From Selaginella moellendorffii (lineage: Eukaryota; Plantae; Lycopodiophyta), in NCBI RefSeq assembly GCF_000143415.4, contig NW_003314276.1:1013434-1077433 (forward strand): 64,000 nucleotides of DNA. The letters run 5' to 3'. Position numbers and translations under genes: made by a program. Shown here one piece after another: positions 23,230-36,519 of the stretch; positions within the stretch are counted from its first letter, which is position 1, and every line of letters starts with the position of its first letter. The notes under the pieces are model-generated. The model ran no database searches and was not told the DNA's origin. It saw only the letters and a program-made list of their open reading frames with translations.

Positions 23230-24700
23230 GCTTATTAGCGAAGTGAGGTAAGGATGAAAATCTCAAAGGATACCTTTTCACAGAAGGTAGCAACACGAGC
23301 TGGAGCCAATGGAACAGGAGTGTTGTAGCTCGAATGATGAAGTGTTCCGTCCACAGCCAAGACAATACTCTTCAAGAATGGCGCAATGTTATACTAGAGT
23401 ACCTGGCTTCGTTTGGTAGTTAAAGGTAGTTATTCTAACACGAAAAAAAAAGAAGCTTACTTCCCAGATATCTGGAAGAGGTCCCCCGCATTCGTCGTAC
23501 GTGGCTCTCTTGGTCTTCTACGGCAGGAACAAAGATCGAATGATACTCGGCTTGACTCACGATGGGGGAGGATTACTTTGCAGACGATTCCAGTTACTCA
23601 TACTTTCTTGCTTCTTAAAAAGCACTTTCAAGTCTGGCTCAAGACGTAGCATGCTGACTGCTCGGCAGCTTGTTGAATGTTACTTAGCATTCAACACCAC
23701 GTCCATTAAAATCACGTTGGCTCCTGGTTGTGCTCAGGCAGGACTTGAAATTGCTCCAATTCATGGATAAGGGAGCAATCTACAGGATTCAGTAGCATCG
23801 CATGAGAGAATTAAGCATCAATCTAGTGAGGGCTTGGTCACGGCAGCGGCATGGATCGAACAGAGGGAGATGACGAGGGCAAGAACGAGAGGAATCGCGC
23901 GCAACAGAGGGACAAGAGGAATCACTTGCAAGAACGAGAGGAATTGATTGTAGCAGCAAGAGAATGGGAGTGGAATGCTTACCGAGCCTGTGGGGGTGTA
24001 GAGCGCCACTAAATCGCTCCACCTCGATTTTGCACACAAATCTAGTGGCTCCTCGAAAGCGTCACCTTTCATGCTCAGACAAAACATAACAACTGTTGAA
24101 TGGAATGGATCAAAGTAGGCATCATAACCGGCGCCGAAAGGATGAGGAGGATGAGGCAACACTCCGAAGTCCTCCCCTAGTTAGAAGCTACTAGGAAAAC
24201 AAACGTACCTCACCAGAAAGGTGTAGAGGATGACGAGCTTGTTGTTCGCTTTGAGCGCGCGCGATTTTTGTGTAGGGGTCTTCTGCTGGAGTTGCCGCTG
24301 ATGTTGGTGTTGATATAGCCAGATTGCGGCCTGGAAGGCCTGTGCTTGTACTTGATCGGAGGCGAGAGCTGTAGCTCATGCAGAGCTTCTCCCTTCTGGA
24401 GACTTTTCAGCAATTCAAACTGTGTCACAGTCAGTCGAGAGAAAAGAAATCACTAGACTCCCTGTTTCCACATTGGTTCCCGTGCTTCGTTCGTGACCTT
24501 TCCCTTTACGATCTTGAGGAAAGCTCCCATTGTTGCAATTTGGATCCATGCCTACCATGCAAACCGGGCACCAGTTTGACTTCGAGTTAGTGTCCGCCAT
24601 GCAGCTCATGTGGACTAAAACACATGAGAAAAATTTGATCTTCCACAAACGTGTGACTACAGATGCTGCAGCTGGCAGTCAAGGGACTTAATCCATGGAC
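23230..24700 (-). pseudogene. Unidentified spliced gene remnant with a possible RING-like Cys/His pattern
   Basis: Exon-like blocks bounded by GT/AG with stops; CSIC...VHMSCM..WCPVC near 24560-24680. Confidence 0.3.
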
Positions 24701-25870
24701 ACTTTCAGTGTTTGAATGTCGTGAAACATGTCAGTTTCAAGTATCCGTGTAGGACAACAGTAAGTCCTTGTTAAGAATAAACTGGCCGTGACATCGTAAA
24801 GTTGGTCATTGAAGTATTCAAGAGTTATACAGAAAGCTTGTAAGATGAACAAAATTAGTTAAAGCACTGAAAGAATAAAAAGAAAAGAAAATAGGTGTTT
24901 TACATGTTCTTCTTAACAAGGTGATGGGAGAGATTACAGCCACCTGGAATTCTGTCAATGCAGTTCCCTTCAGATATCACGAAGTTAAAAGTATGGCGTG
25001 GTCAAGAAACATACTATAAAGTGCGGATACGTCGTCTCCTTTTCGTGTATAGACCAACGCGGGAACAATGCTTACCCGCATCAGGATGCCAGTCTTCCGC
25101 GGAAACCATCATATGTGGATGTCCATATGAATTCAATGGAGATTTTCTTCTATGGAAGGAAGATGTTGCATGTATGAAGTGATTGTCCCAGCCTTGGCTC
25201 TTGGCGCTGTGCAAGCCCCGTCATCCTAAACGAATCTCAGCTTGTACAGCCTCGAAGTGCACATATCCTCTACTACACACTTGAGAAATTTCCAACTCAA
25301 ACACAGGTCATCAGTTCAAATTCTCTCCTTTCGCCTCTTTTATCCATCAAGATTTGCGTGCATGTAGTGAATGCAGTGAGGACCACAGTGTGTGCTCCAT
25401 AACCTTTTCTAGGAGTGTCAAGTGTAACTTCTTCAAAACTTTATAGCCATTGTTCATTTTGCAACCTGGAGCATAAATATGATATTGGGGCCACATATAG
25501 ATGGAACATTACATGCACGCAAATCTTCCTAGACAAATGGATAAAAGAGGAGAGAATTTGCACTGATGTGTCCTCCTGGCAGGCTTGGAAGCTACCCTGT
25601 AATCCTTTCATCAACACAATATAGCCAGCTGCAGTCTGTCAATCAAGAATAGAAAAAAAAAGGACATGTCTAGTCAGAGATTTATAAGTGGTTGTCAAAG
25701 TTTAACTTTATTAATACATTCCCATTTGAATACAATTAAGAATACAAAACTAAGTAAAACAAATTACATACCATTAAGTACAATTCTTTTATTTCCAACT
25801 ATGTGCAATTCATGTACAAGCACCATGATAAATAGAAAAAAAAGAACAAATTATTCAATGTAATTTCTAA

Positions 25871-25871
<1 letters not shown>

Positions 25872-25914
<43 letters not shown>
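25872..25914. repeat. (TA)n microsatellite, about 21 units
   Basis: Direct read. Confidence 0.98.
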
Positions 25915-25917
<3 letters not shown>

Positions 25918-28636
25918 ATATGTGTTTATATCTTACTTTCAACAACTAGGGAATTTAATAATATGTTGAAAGTTAGTTATTTGAAAGGGAGGAAATGCAA
26001 GTTAGTTTCCATAACAACCCTTTTATTCGGCAAAGATTTTGCAATTTAAGTTAGCTATGAATCCTTAGATTTTGTTGCACATTAATGTAATATATTTATT
26101 TAAAACAGTTTTGATTACTTTTTTTAAATTTTAAAAAATGGAATATATTAATAAAATTTTTATTTTAGAAAGAAAGATATACATGATTGTAAAGATGCCA
26201 TAAAGTGGAAATATCTATATTATTTAATAAAATTAACTTTATTATAGTAAATGTTGAGCTTTGAAAGCCTTGTGTTACTGGTGAATCAAAATGCTTACAT
26301 AATAATCACAAATTTAATATAAATGCCAACATTAAAATAAAATATATAATTTAAATTATTACAAATTTTTTTATAATATATTATTATCTCTTATTTTATA
26401 AAGAAATGGACATAAGATTAAAATATTTATAGAAAATAAGTTAAAGTATAATTTATGAAAAAATTATATATAAATAATGAGTATTTAGAGTCACACAAAA
26501 CTTGATTTTAGTCATATAGTTTTAGAGCCATCTGAAAATTTATGAAAATATACATTGTTTAATATTTGTATGAACATATAAAGAAAGGTAAAACTTAAAA
26601 ACAATTTGATTCTTTTTTAAACTTTGGAATCTAAGTTTTCAGTGATGATAAAAAAATTAGTAAAAATTATGGTTTCCATGTAATTTTTTAAATATTAATG
26701 GTATTTTAGCTCTTTTTATTATATTTTATAATATTTAAGTATTTCTATCATGTATATACACATGATAAAGCATGATACTCATCAATTAAATGGTAAAAAC
26801 TAATAATAATATCTTTAAAAAGAAGTAAATTAGAGTATAATAAATTTTGACAAAATTAATATTAATTTTTTTATATATTTTAAATTATTTTAAAAATTAA
26901 ATTTGGGTTTTACCTTGCCCAACGTAATCTTCCATATGTGCATGCTATTGCATCTTATTTAATAAAAAGGAGAAACGCTTCACAAATTGCGAATGAGGTT
27001 TCAATTTTGTATTCCAATCTTTAAAGTTTAAAATTTCCATTGCAATCAAGATTAAAAAGAGAAACCCTTTTCCATGATAAAAATAAATAACTCTATTATG
27101 TATTTTGTATTTTTATAGCTTATGTTTATAAATGTACTAAATAAAAATTAAATATTTTTTACTTAAAGAAGAATATTTTAAGTATTTTAAATATTCTAAT
27201 TAAATATTATATAAATAATTTAATTTAATTTTTTCTTTATTGCAAATAATTTAGATAGAGAAGACAATTAAAAAGCTGAAAAAAGATATAAATTTGTTTT
27301 GGATAAGAAAAAATAATATAAACATATCCAAAAATATTTGTGTTAAGTAGCTATAATGGATAGATTAATATAAGCTTTGACTATGATAGGATCTTTTGGA
27401 TTTGCCAAAACAATATAAGAATATACTGTATATGGTTAAATGGTCTATTTGATCATATATTTAATATTTAAGAGATTTTAGACAGTAATATACTTTTTTA
27501 TATAAATACATCTTTAAAGTTTTATCTAAACACATGTATGCTAACATTAAGAGTGAGGTTTAAATTTTAGCTTAATTTTAGTCTAGAATTATAAAATCCA
27601 AATTATTGATATACTTTAGGGAGCCGGTCAACTTCACGGACTCGCCAACGTGTCAGCCCTCGTGTGCACTCTTTCTCTCCGCGTTCTCTGGCAGAGACGG
27701 GCTGTATTTAATGAAGGCTAGCGTCCTTGGTGTTAAGGACACCGCCCGTTGACTTGGAGCTGCCAGAAAGCCACGCTCTGTCGTTTATACGTACATACGC
27801 TTTCGGGGGCATACAGTGTCGGCGGCTCCATTTTACCCTTTACGTTGGCATCGTTCCGTACCGGGTCCGTATTGCTCAAAAGTTGAACGCTAGATGCATC
27901 GTCAACGCCGGTGGAGTACGGCGTCTCCACGCGCCAAATTTCATCCACTAGTCAACTCATATACGATGCTCTAATCGTATCGCATCTTCATTCATACGAT
28001 AACAAGAAAGCCCTAAACTCTCCCAGTCGCACACGTGGCCAGCGAGTTGACGGCCGTGACGCAGTAAAGTCTACGCTATTATGGGCCACTGCCAATTTAT
28101 ACACATACGACAATCTCTACCCCTTTTTTTTGGCTCACGCTACACAGCTAAGACAGCGGAATGACGGGATTCCGCCAAATTAAACGGTAAAACGCCAGAT
28201 TAGTGGAAATGGATTAACCGGGCTGGTTTAACTTTAACTTCGGTATTAATTAAGCGTGAAACTTCGTGTGTGCTGGGGTGTGCCAGGTATATAATTTTTT
28301 GGAGGAACTTCTTCCACGGCGGTCAAGAGAGAGAGGCGCAAACGAAGAAGAGAAAGAAGGAAGAGGAAGAAGAAAAAACTTTGTGTGCTATAGCTTGAGA
28401 TTCGCTCGCTCGAAATTTCCGCTGGTGCGCCTCGCGTTTAAAGAAATCACTCTTTCCTCCCTTTGGAAATTGGAAGAAAGGCGTCGATTTTCTTGGGGAT
28501 CTCGATGGTTTTGGCGTCCGGTGGGAGCTCACATTGCGAGGAATTCGATTTGGTGTGGCGGAGGAGTTGTGATCGGCGGCGAGGAAATCTAGCGTGAGAG
28601 TTGCTGCCGAGCGATCCAGAGAGTAGTATAAGGGAG

Positions 28637-30022
28637 ATGGGGCGAGCTCCCTGTTGTGACAAAGCGGGGCTCAAGAAGGGGCCGTGGACGCCCGAGGAGG
28701 ATCAAAAGCTCGTGGCTTACATCCAGAGGCACGGGCATGGGAGCTGGCGAGCATTGCCCAAGAATGCTGGTGAGCAATTTGGAGTGGAGCTTCTTCTCTC
28801 TCGAATCGTTTTCTCACAGAAATCGTGAATTCCTCCAGGGCTCCTGCGATGTGGGAAGAGCTGCCGGTTGCGATGGACGAATTACCTCCGCCCGGACATC
28901 AAGCGCGGGCGATTCTCGGTCGAGGAGGAGGAGATGATCATCCGGCTCCACGCGATTCTCGGCAACAGGTGTGGAAAAAAGGAGTTTTTTTTTGGTGGTC
29001 GTGGTCGTGTGTGAGATTTTCTTTCTCTTTGTTTGTTCCTTGCGCGTCCCTCTCATGTGTTCTTCGTGTTCTTCGCAAATTCCCCTCCAAGCACATCGCG
29101 AATTGGTGTCTCATGGCTGTGATTGATCTCTAGGTGGTCTGCGATTGCCGGGCATCTCCCAGGAAGAACAGACAACGAGATCAAGAACTACTGGAACACC
29201 CACCTCAAGAAGCGATTGCTCCAGATGGGCATCGATCCGGTCACGCACAAGGCGGCAGCCGCGGCGCGCATTGGAATGGGGATCATGGAGCACTGCCTCT
29301 TGGATCATCACCACGCCACCCTCTTCTCCAAGCCCGCGAGCTTCCTCTTCTCCTCCCACCTCTCCGCGGCCAATTCCACCTCCTCCTCCACCTCCTCGGC
29401 CAACTCCTCGTCACACATGGCACAGTGGGAGATCGCGCGCCAGGAGGCCGAGGCGCGCCTCGCCCGCGATTACATCCGCCTCGCCCAGCAGCAGCAGCAA
29501 TCGCAAGGCCAGAGCGACGACCACGAGCTCCACCAGCATTTGTGGACGATGCCAGCGCTAGATCACGGGAATTCCTCGCCATCCTCGCAGCTCCAGAGCT
29601 CGGATCTGGCCTCGCAGCTCCAATTCCAGTTGCAGCTCCAGCAATTCCACCACAATCACGCGTCCCCGACCTCGACGCTGTGGTCTCCGGAGGGATCCGC
29701 GAGCCCGCCCAGCTCCACCACTACTCTGTTCGCCCCGGATCAATCCGTGGATAGCAGCGGCTTCTTCTGCTGGAATCACGCGCCCAAGCGCGAGGTGGAG
29801 GGCAGCGACGAGATCCTGGCTGGGATGGGAGGAATTCTCCCGGGTTTGTCCTCGGTGGTGAGCCCTGCCAGTGGGTTGGGCGAGGTGTTTGATCCTCTCA
29901 CGGATTGCGAGCTCCAAGACCACAAGCAGGAGACTCTGGCCGTGCTCGAGTGGCCCGATGCCGGCCCATCGCACAGCAAAGATTACTGGAGCAACGTCTT
30001 GAAGCTGGTCGGATCATCGTGA
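28637..30022 (+). CDS. R2R3-MYB transcription factor, subgroup 9 (MIXTA/MYB16/MYB106-like), 3 exons
   Basis: [25 protein letters not shown]../[23 protein letters not shown]../[35 protein letters not shown], the subgroup-9 motif [16 protein letters not shown] and C-terminal YWSNVLKLV. Confidence 0.95.
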
Positions 30023-33000
30023 TCCATCACACCAACCATGGTTTTTCTTTCTTTTTTTTTTTCTTCTCTCTCTTGGTTCTCGTGATCCTCCATTCCGTAC
30101 AACTGATCAAAGGATGGGTGGGTTCTTCCGTCAACTTAGCAAGCGCTACACTTTCATTTACACACTTTGGAGGATTGATGGACAGCGCACGGCAAAACGC
30201 TAACTTGTTCTTGTTTGGACTGGGAAGAAATCGTTTCCAGTCGGGTTTGCTTCTTCCATCATCGATCTCGCTCGTCTCGTTTAGTTTTTCGTCTCACCCG
30301 CCAGCTCCGCTTCCTCGATCCATCCCAAAATTCTCATTCATTTGGCCTGCGCGTCCATTTAATGCCCTCCGGGTCGCTTCTCTCCCCCGGCCTTGCTCCT
30401 TTTGGCTACAACACAACACCAAAGTTACAGAGCGGACGACTAAACAAAGCTGGCTGCTGGCGAGCGAAGCAAAATCCATCTTTGCTCTCTCAGAGATCTC
30501 TGGATTTTGTAGAGTCTTACTACGATTCGCGAATCCATCATCCAACCATATAAATATAAAGTGTAAATCCTGTTCGATCTTCTCGTGAGTAAAGAGAAGT
30601 AGTCTTAACTTTGAATGCTAGTTTACTTACCAGGTCCTTGTTCCAACTTCCAGGATCCGGGAATTTCCTCCATGCTTAGTTTATGCACACTTGATTTATT
30701 CAAGGCGACTTATTCCAAGTATCCTGGGACCTCAGGCAAGAACAAGAGAACAAAAGGCTTGCGTTAGCCATGGAGAAGGAAGGATTTGTGTGTGTGAACA
30801 CATTACCTCTTCAAGCGAATCTACGTGTGCATGGACGCCGACTTATCCTTGATGGTTTTTGGTCTTCCGTCACCCTCCAGAGCTTTCTAAAGTCGAGAAC
30901 ACCAAAACAAAGTGAGACAAAGTAGACCAAGGATTGATTACACCTGCGTGCTCGAGGACGGAACCATCAAGGCGGCATAAGCACCAAGACAAAACGACCA
31001 CACAAAGAAAATATTTTCCTTCTGCAATCGATTCTGGAGTGAGTGTGCCCCCGCTGGATCAACTTTTCGCGATCTTGTCCATTGACTTTTGCGCAGCTCT
31101 CTCGACAGCGAATGCTCCTGGGATCTCAGCCACAACACATTACCACCACCTCGATGGAAATTCTCGCGAGCTGGAAGCAAAAACAAGAGAGGTCACAAGT
31201 TTCAAATCCTTTCCTCTTTGTCAACGTACCTTTGTTTGGAAAAGCCACGCAGGAGCAACCACGCGGCCTGTGTGACGTTAGAAGAAATTGTACCACGCCT
31301 TTTGGGGCCGAGAGAGTGGGTTCCACTGTGTGATCGTCATCCACACCAGCCTTTACCATCGTCTTTCCAAGCATGCATGTCCGCCGGGAATTGGCTCCAT
31401 TTAATGCCGTGAACTTTGAGTGGAACTCTCAGCCTTTGCCCCGTCGTCATCGCTGATTCACCGTCTCTGTGTTACTAGCTGTCTGTCGCGTGGACTTCAT
31501 AAATCTTCTTCTGAACAGATCTCTCTCCATCCCCTGACTCTGTTTTTTTAATCCCTTCTTCTTCGTCGCTGCTGCTTCTTCTTCTTCTTCTTCTTCCACT
31601 TCGTCCCCAGCTATGATATGACCACCACCAAAGTCGTCTGGGCGGCGTAATTCCCATCCCGGAGCATAAACGACGACTTCGTGGAGGATGTGGGCTTGAT
31701 GTGTGTCGGGACAAACCACCAGCGTGGACTAAGTTGCGATGCCATCACCGGCACTTCCGAAAGATACGGATTGATCTTCTGTGGTCCTCTTCTCCGCCTC
31801 AAAATCCTTTCTTTGCATCGGTCAAGTCAGTCGCGGTCGTCGTTGTCTTAAAAATAAAAGAGGAAGAGAAAAAGGTAGACCGCGCTGCCGCTGACGAACG
31901 AGTGAGAGCATAAACTTGGTGTTGTCGTCGACGTCGAACTTTCGCAACGCGAGATTTACGAGGGGGGTTGACTCTGGAGCTCAAATCTCAATGGCCAGCT
32001 ACTGTAACCACTGCCACTGTTGCGGCTGCTGCTGTGTCTTCTCTGCTTTGTCAATCTTCGACAAAAAGCTCACTCTTTTCGGTCTTGGCGAAACAGTTTC
32101 TCGTCCCAGTCTCGGCGCCCGCAATCCGCGTCGGAGGAAAAGCAAAAAAAAACTCTCCGCCACCACCTCCTTTACGAGTGATGGAGATGGTCCGTCCGCG
32201 GCCCCATCATTTCCTCGTCTTCCTTCACACTCTACACCACTGCTGGCTGCTGCTCGTGCTGCTGGATCACATGATTCTGACCATGCTGCTCTGATCTCCC
32301 CCGCCCCTCACTTTCACCAGCGCGAGATCCGCACGCAACTTAAAAAAAAGGGGGAGCGAGAGCGTCGCAAGGACCTTCCAAAACTAGCTCTCGCGTCTTT
32401 CCCCTGTAACCTGTAGCCCATCCCTGCTAGAGCCTGTCCTGCCAGCTCCAAAAAGCGATAACGCCTCCTCTCGTCTCGACACTTCAGTGTGGTCCTCTCC
32501 TACGGAGTCCGATCAGCGGGAAAAAAAAAAGAAGCTTTTTTCCGCCAAAAGGACGTGTCCTCTTCCCTGTGCTGCTCCTCCATGCCTGCCTTCTCCTCTC
32601 CTTTGCATTGAATTGCGAGGGAACCATAGTTTAGTGGATCTAACTGATTTCGGTTGGTCCTCGCTCCTTGTCCAAAACAACCAGGCATTTATACCAAAAG
32701 CGGTGACTTGAATGACCAATCTTGCCTGTGCACATGATCTTGTCACCAGTTGTATCCCAATTAGAGCTCTTTGTGGAAGGAGCGAAGCACACGGACCACC
32801 ATGGCCAGCTTTCCGTGCTCCCTGCCAAGAGTGACAAAACAATGTGAAGCTCAAATATCAGGTATGATGGGAACGGTACCGTGACAACCGAATGTGCAGT
32901 GTTGCCAAAGCGAAAGGAGAGATTCTTTTTGGGATTTTGAGAGTTTAATCTTTGTTTTTCTGGATGCCAGGAAGGAAGAGAGAAAATGGAGGTGGTGTTT

Positions 33001-33270
33001 TTTTCTTTTTATAAACACACCTGCGCAGTTCCACAAGGTACGCAGTTAGGAGGCGGAGCGTAGAAGCGAAAAAAACAAGAGGAAAACTCCACCTTTCTAA
33101 CACGAAGTCCTCACAGCACTTACTTGCGAACGTACCAAGAATGACAAGAGCTCCGAAAAACACAGAGAGAAGCTCTCTTCACTTTAAAAAAACCAAAATG
33201 TTACAGCATAAACTCGTCAGAAGCAGCACTAGATACAAGCTAAAACGTTTATGGCAATTCACCTGGGAAC

Positions 33271-36103
33271 TCAGGAGTTTGGTTTAGCCAGGCCTGTCTC
33301 AATGCGTCTAATCTCGAAGATAAGCATCCGCCACATCTTGAGCACAAACATTTCCGCCTCATCATCCAAGACAGAGAGCTTCTCCAGCATCGATTCAGCA
33401 CTTACATGTTTGCAGGTGTTGTTCACAATGAAGTCGACGAAGGAAACTTCCTCCTCCCCCAGATACTCGGTTATCTTCTTTGAAATCCACGGTCTCATCT
33501 TCTCGTGGAGTTTATGCTGCAAGAAAAGAAAAGAGGAAAACGCCACGATGTTAGCGCGCCAAGATGAGATACAAATCCACGTACCTTATCATAAATCGCC
33601 CAGTCAACTCTGTAATTGAAAAGCTCCTCCTTTGTCTTTGGAATGCTATCTATCAACTGCTTGGCATCCATTATTTTCGAGTTCTCGTCCCTGTCCCGGT
33701 CCCGGTCTCTATCCTTTCTGCTTTTATCCCTGTGCCTCCGATCTTTTCTGTCATCCTCCGCAGATGGCGATCTCTTTGTTTTTACTGCTTGCATCTCCTC
33801 AGCAGAATAATCGATAGGAACAAGAGGACGTAGCATCCGATCCTTGGGCATCTCTTCTTCGTCCTCTTGGTGGAAAAGTGAAGGAAGAGTCGCACGTTTT
33901 CCAGTCCCCGAAATACCAAATCCCAACTTCTTCGGTATGTTTTTCATCTCTTGGTCGCTTTTGGCGGACTCTCCAGCAGTAGCTTCGTAGTCATCATTAG
34001 CTGGGCCATCCTCATCTGACAGGAAAGAAAACCATTAGAACACAACGATAAAACTGTTGAACAAGAACGTACTTTCACTGTCAATCTCCATTGTGACATC
34101 TTCCTTGCTTGCTTCAGCAGCCTCTTTCGCAGCACGTAGTGCGTCCTGCATCTCAAGCTCCACCTTACGCCTCTTTGCCTCGAGAAGTTCCTCTTGCTCT
34201 CTTATAGCATCAGCGATATCCTCTTCCTTTTCTCTCATCCTCCTCCTTCGTCTTTCCTCTGGCCTGTAACGCCGCTTCTTCCCTTCATCGTCACTATCGT
34301 CCTCCTGCTCCTTCACCTCCTTCTTTCTTTCACGTTCCCTTTCCTTCTCGCGCTCTTTGTCATGCAACCGCTGCCTGTCTCGTTCTCTTTCGCGAGCTTC
34401 CCACTCGCGCTCGTGCTCTTCATATGCACGATCAATGTCCCGATGCTTAGCGTTGCGGTCCCTGTCACGTCTAAACCTCTCCCTTTCCCGGTCCCTTTCA
34501 AACCTCTCAACGTCTCTGTCATTCTCGCGCTCCCGGTGGTCTTTATCCTTTCTTCCCCTCTCGGAAGAGCTAGTTTCCATTCTTTCCACCCTGTCACTGC
34601 TGTTCTCGTCGTCATTTTTGCCACTCAAATCATCTAGAGAAAAAACAATCAAACAGATTAAGATCATTTGCAACCATATAGATTGCTTACCTTTGACATC
34701 TGCATCTTTGGATTTGGCAGACGCGTCTCGAGTCGAAGGAGGGCGTCCGTCTGCATGGGGTCGGAACAAAGGTCTAGACCTCGCACTATTAAGCACAAAA
34801 ACCAGTCGTAAAAACCGTAAGCAATGCTTTGCTACGTTACCGATCTTCAAGCAAGTGTTTCAATCTAATCAGTGCATCCTCATCGCCCTTTTTATCTGCC
34901 TCGTTCACAATGCCAAAAGCCTTCGGATTGCCGTCGGCACTCTTGACAGGTTTTTTAGAAGGCTGAACTTCTACACCAGGAGCGGTTTCGCTGTCTTCTT
35001 CCTGTGCCGCCTCCTCTAGGAGCTTGTCATTCTCTTTAGCTGCTACATATCTCTCGAGATACTCACGAGTATCCTTATTAACATTAAGCTGCATGATGGA
35101 AGCAGTTAAGACGCATGGAGATAGAAAAAACTTCAGTCAAGAATTACCACTAGCTCCTGCCCATCCAAGCTATTCTTGTTCAAAAGCCGCAGTGCACGAA
35201 GAACTCCTTCCGCGTTTTCAAATTCGCAGAATCCAAATCCTTTGGGAGCGCTTGCTGTTGGATCCTGAGCCCGTTTCCAGCTTTTAATAGGTCCACATAG
35301 CTGCATACAGGTTATAAGCCTCAACGCAAGCATGAAAACGAAGATAAACAAACCACTCTTACCTGGAGAACATTCCGTAAGAACGCATCCTCTATCGTAG
35401 GAGCAATTTTCCCGACGTAGACCGTTGTAAATGGTTTCTCATATGGACCAGCTCCGAAGATCGGCTTTGCGGACATGTCGGGCATGCCAGGAGGCTTCAA
35501 AACTGGCAAAGGTCGCATACCTCCAACCGGTGGTCTCGCCGGGCTCCCGGCAGCAATTGGAGGAGGACGGGGGAACATCGCTGGCCGAGGAGCCGGAGCG
35601 AATGGAGGAGCCGAGTACCTCGGACCAGGGACTGACCAAGCCGAGCGTTAGAAAGCATAAAAATCAAACTTTTAGTATGTCAATTGTTCCTTAGATATGG
35701 CATGAAGAAGATTGAGAGAGGAGACACTAGAATGCGGAGTTCAACTAGAACTAGGAAAATAAAGTTTTCTAAAAGCATACCAAAGACGACAATTCACGCC
35801 ATAGAGATCGGGCGGTTTGTCCATGGAGAGCTGTAGGAGAAAGAATCCCGTCATCAATCGATTACCAAGCACGGACACACACATTCTATGCCAGTGCAAG
35901 AAAAATGCATCGATCTATCTAGCAACGAGGAGAGCAAAGCACTGACCTTGCCCGGCCGGCGGCGGCAAATACCCTGGCATTGGATAGCTTGGCAAAGCAC
36001 GGACATTTCCAGGGCTGGGCGACGCAACAGGAGGATTTGGAGCCCGGATTCCTCCAACCACCGCCGACGCTGTGGCAAAGCTGTCGTGAGGAGATCCCGC
36101 CAT
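33271..36103 (-). CDS. RBM25: RBM25/Snu71-like splicing factor (Pro-rich, RRM, RE/RD-rich, PWI domain)
   Basis: TTVYVGKIAP, CGPIKSWKR..PKGFGFCEFENAEGVLRALRLL, RE-rich tract, AKQLIDSIPKTKEELF and MRPWISKKITEYLGEEE..LDDEAEMFVLKMWRMLIFE. Confidence 0.95.
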
Positions 36104-36139
36104 TGCCGCTCCCTCTCAGGCTGCGAGCGCCATCGCCAC

Positions 36140-36250
36140 AAACCCTAAACACAAAATCGAAGACCTAAAAATGGCAGTGGCAGGAATCGATCCCATGTCC
36201 GGTCCACCGCGTTCCGTACGTGGCTAGTGGCCACGTACGAATGGGCCCAG
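36140..36250. promoter_or_regulatory. Compact divergent promoter between RBM25 and ADF with telo-box and site II motif
   Basis: AAACCCTAAA at 36140-36149 and TGGGCC at 36242-36247. The start codons are ~420 bp apart, head-to-head. Confidence 0.5.
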
Positions 36251-36519
36251 CCGCCTTGTCCTCTCGCTTTTGCTTCTTTCTCTCTTCCGTGTGTGGTGGG
36301 CGTGAGGGTTTGTGTTTGGGGCGCGAAGCTTTCGTGATCTAGGTTAGCGCCACCGCGGCGGCTGGAGATCTGAAGCTCCTCTTCCTCGATCTGCGAGAAT
36401 AAGGTATCGATCGATTGATCGCTGCGCTCTTTATTCCAGCTTCTGATGGATCTGATTGAAATCATGTGGTGCCGTGCTGGATTTCGGGGGATCAGCTGCT
36501 CTAGCAATCGTCTTCCGTG

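Noticed and set aside
23228-23273. Minus-strand GTATCCTTT (U12-like donor) with TCCTTACC downstream
   Set aside because: It lies in an unidentified remnant, the implied intron is only ~46 nt and no credible downstream exon follows.
25650-27615. AT-rich block as a defined transposon
   Set aside because: No terminal repeats, TSD or coding remnant could be identified by eye.
31611-31802. Short ORF as a conserved-peptide uORF (bZIP S1/SAC51 type) or RTFL/CLE peptide
   Set aside because: It lacks the diagnostic motifs and no main ORF follows.
32763-32836. Imperfect hairpin with superficial resemblance to miRNA sequences
   Set aside because: Large bulges and no exact match to a conserved miRNA that I can recall.
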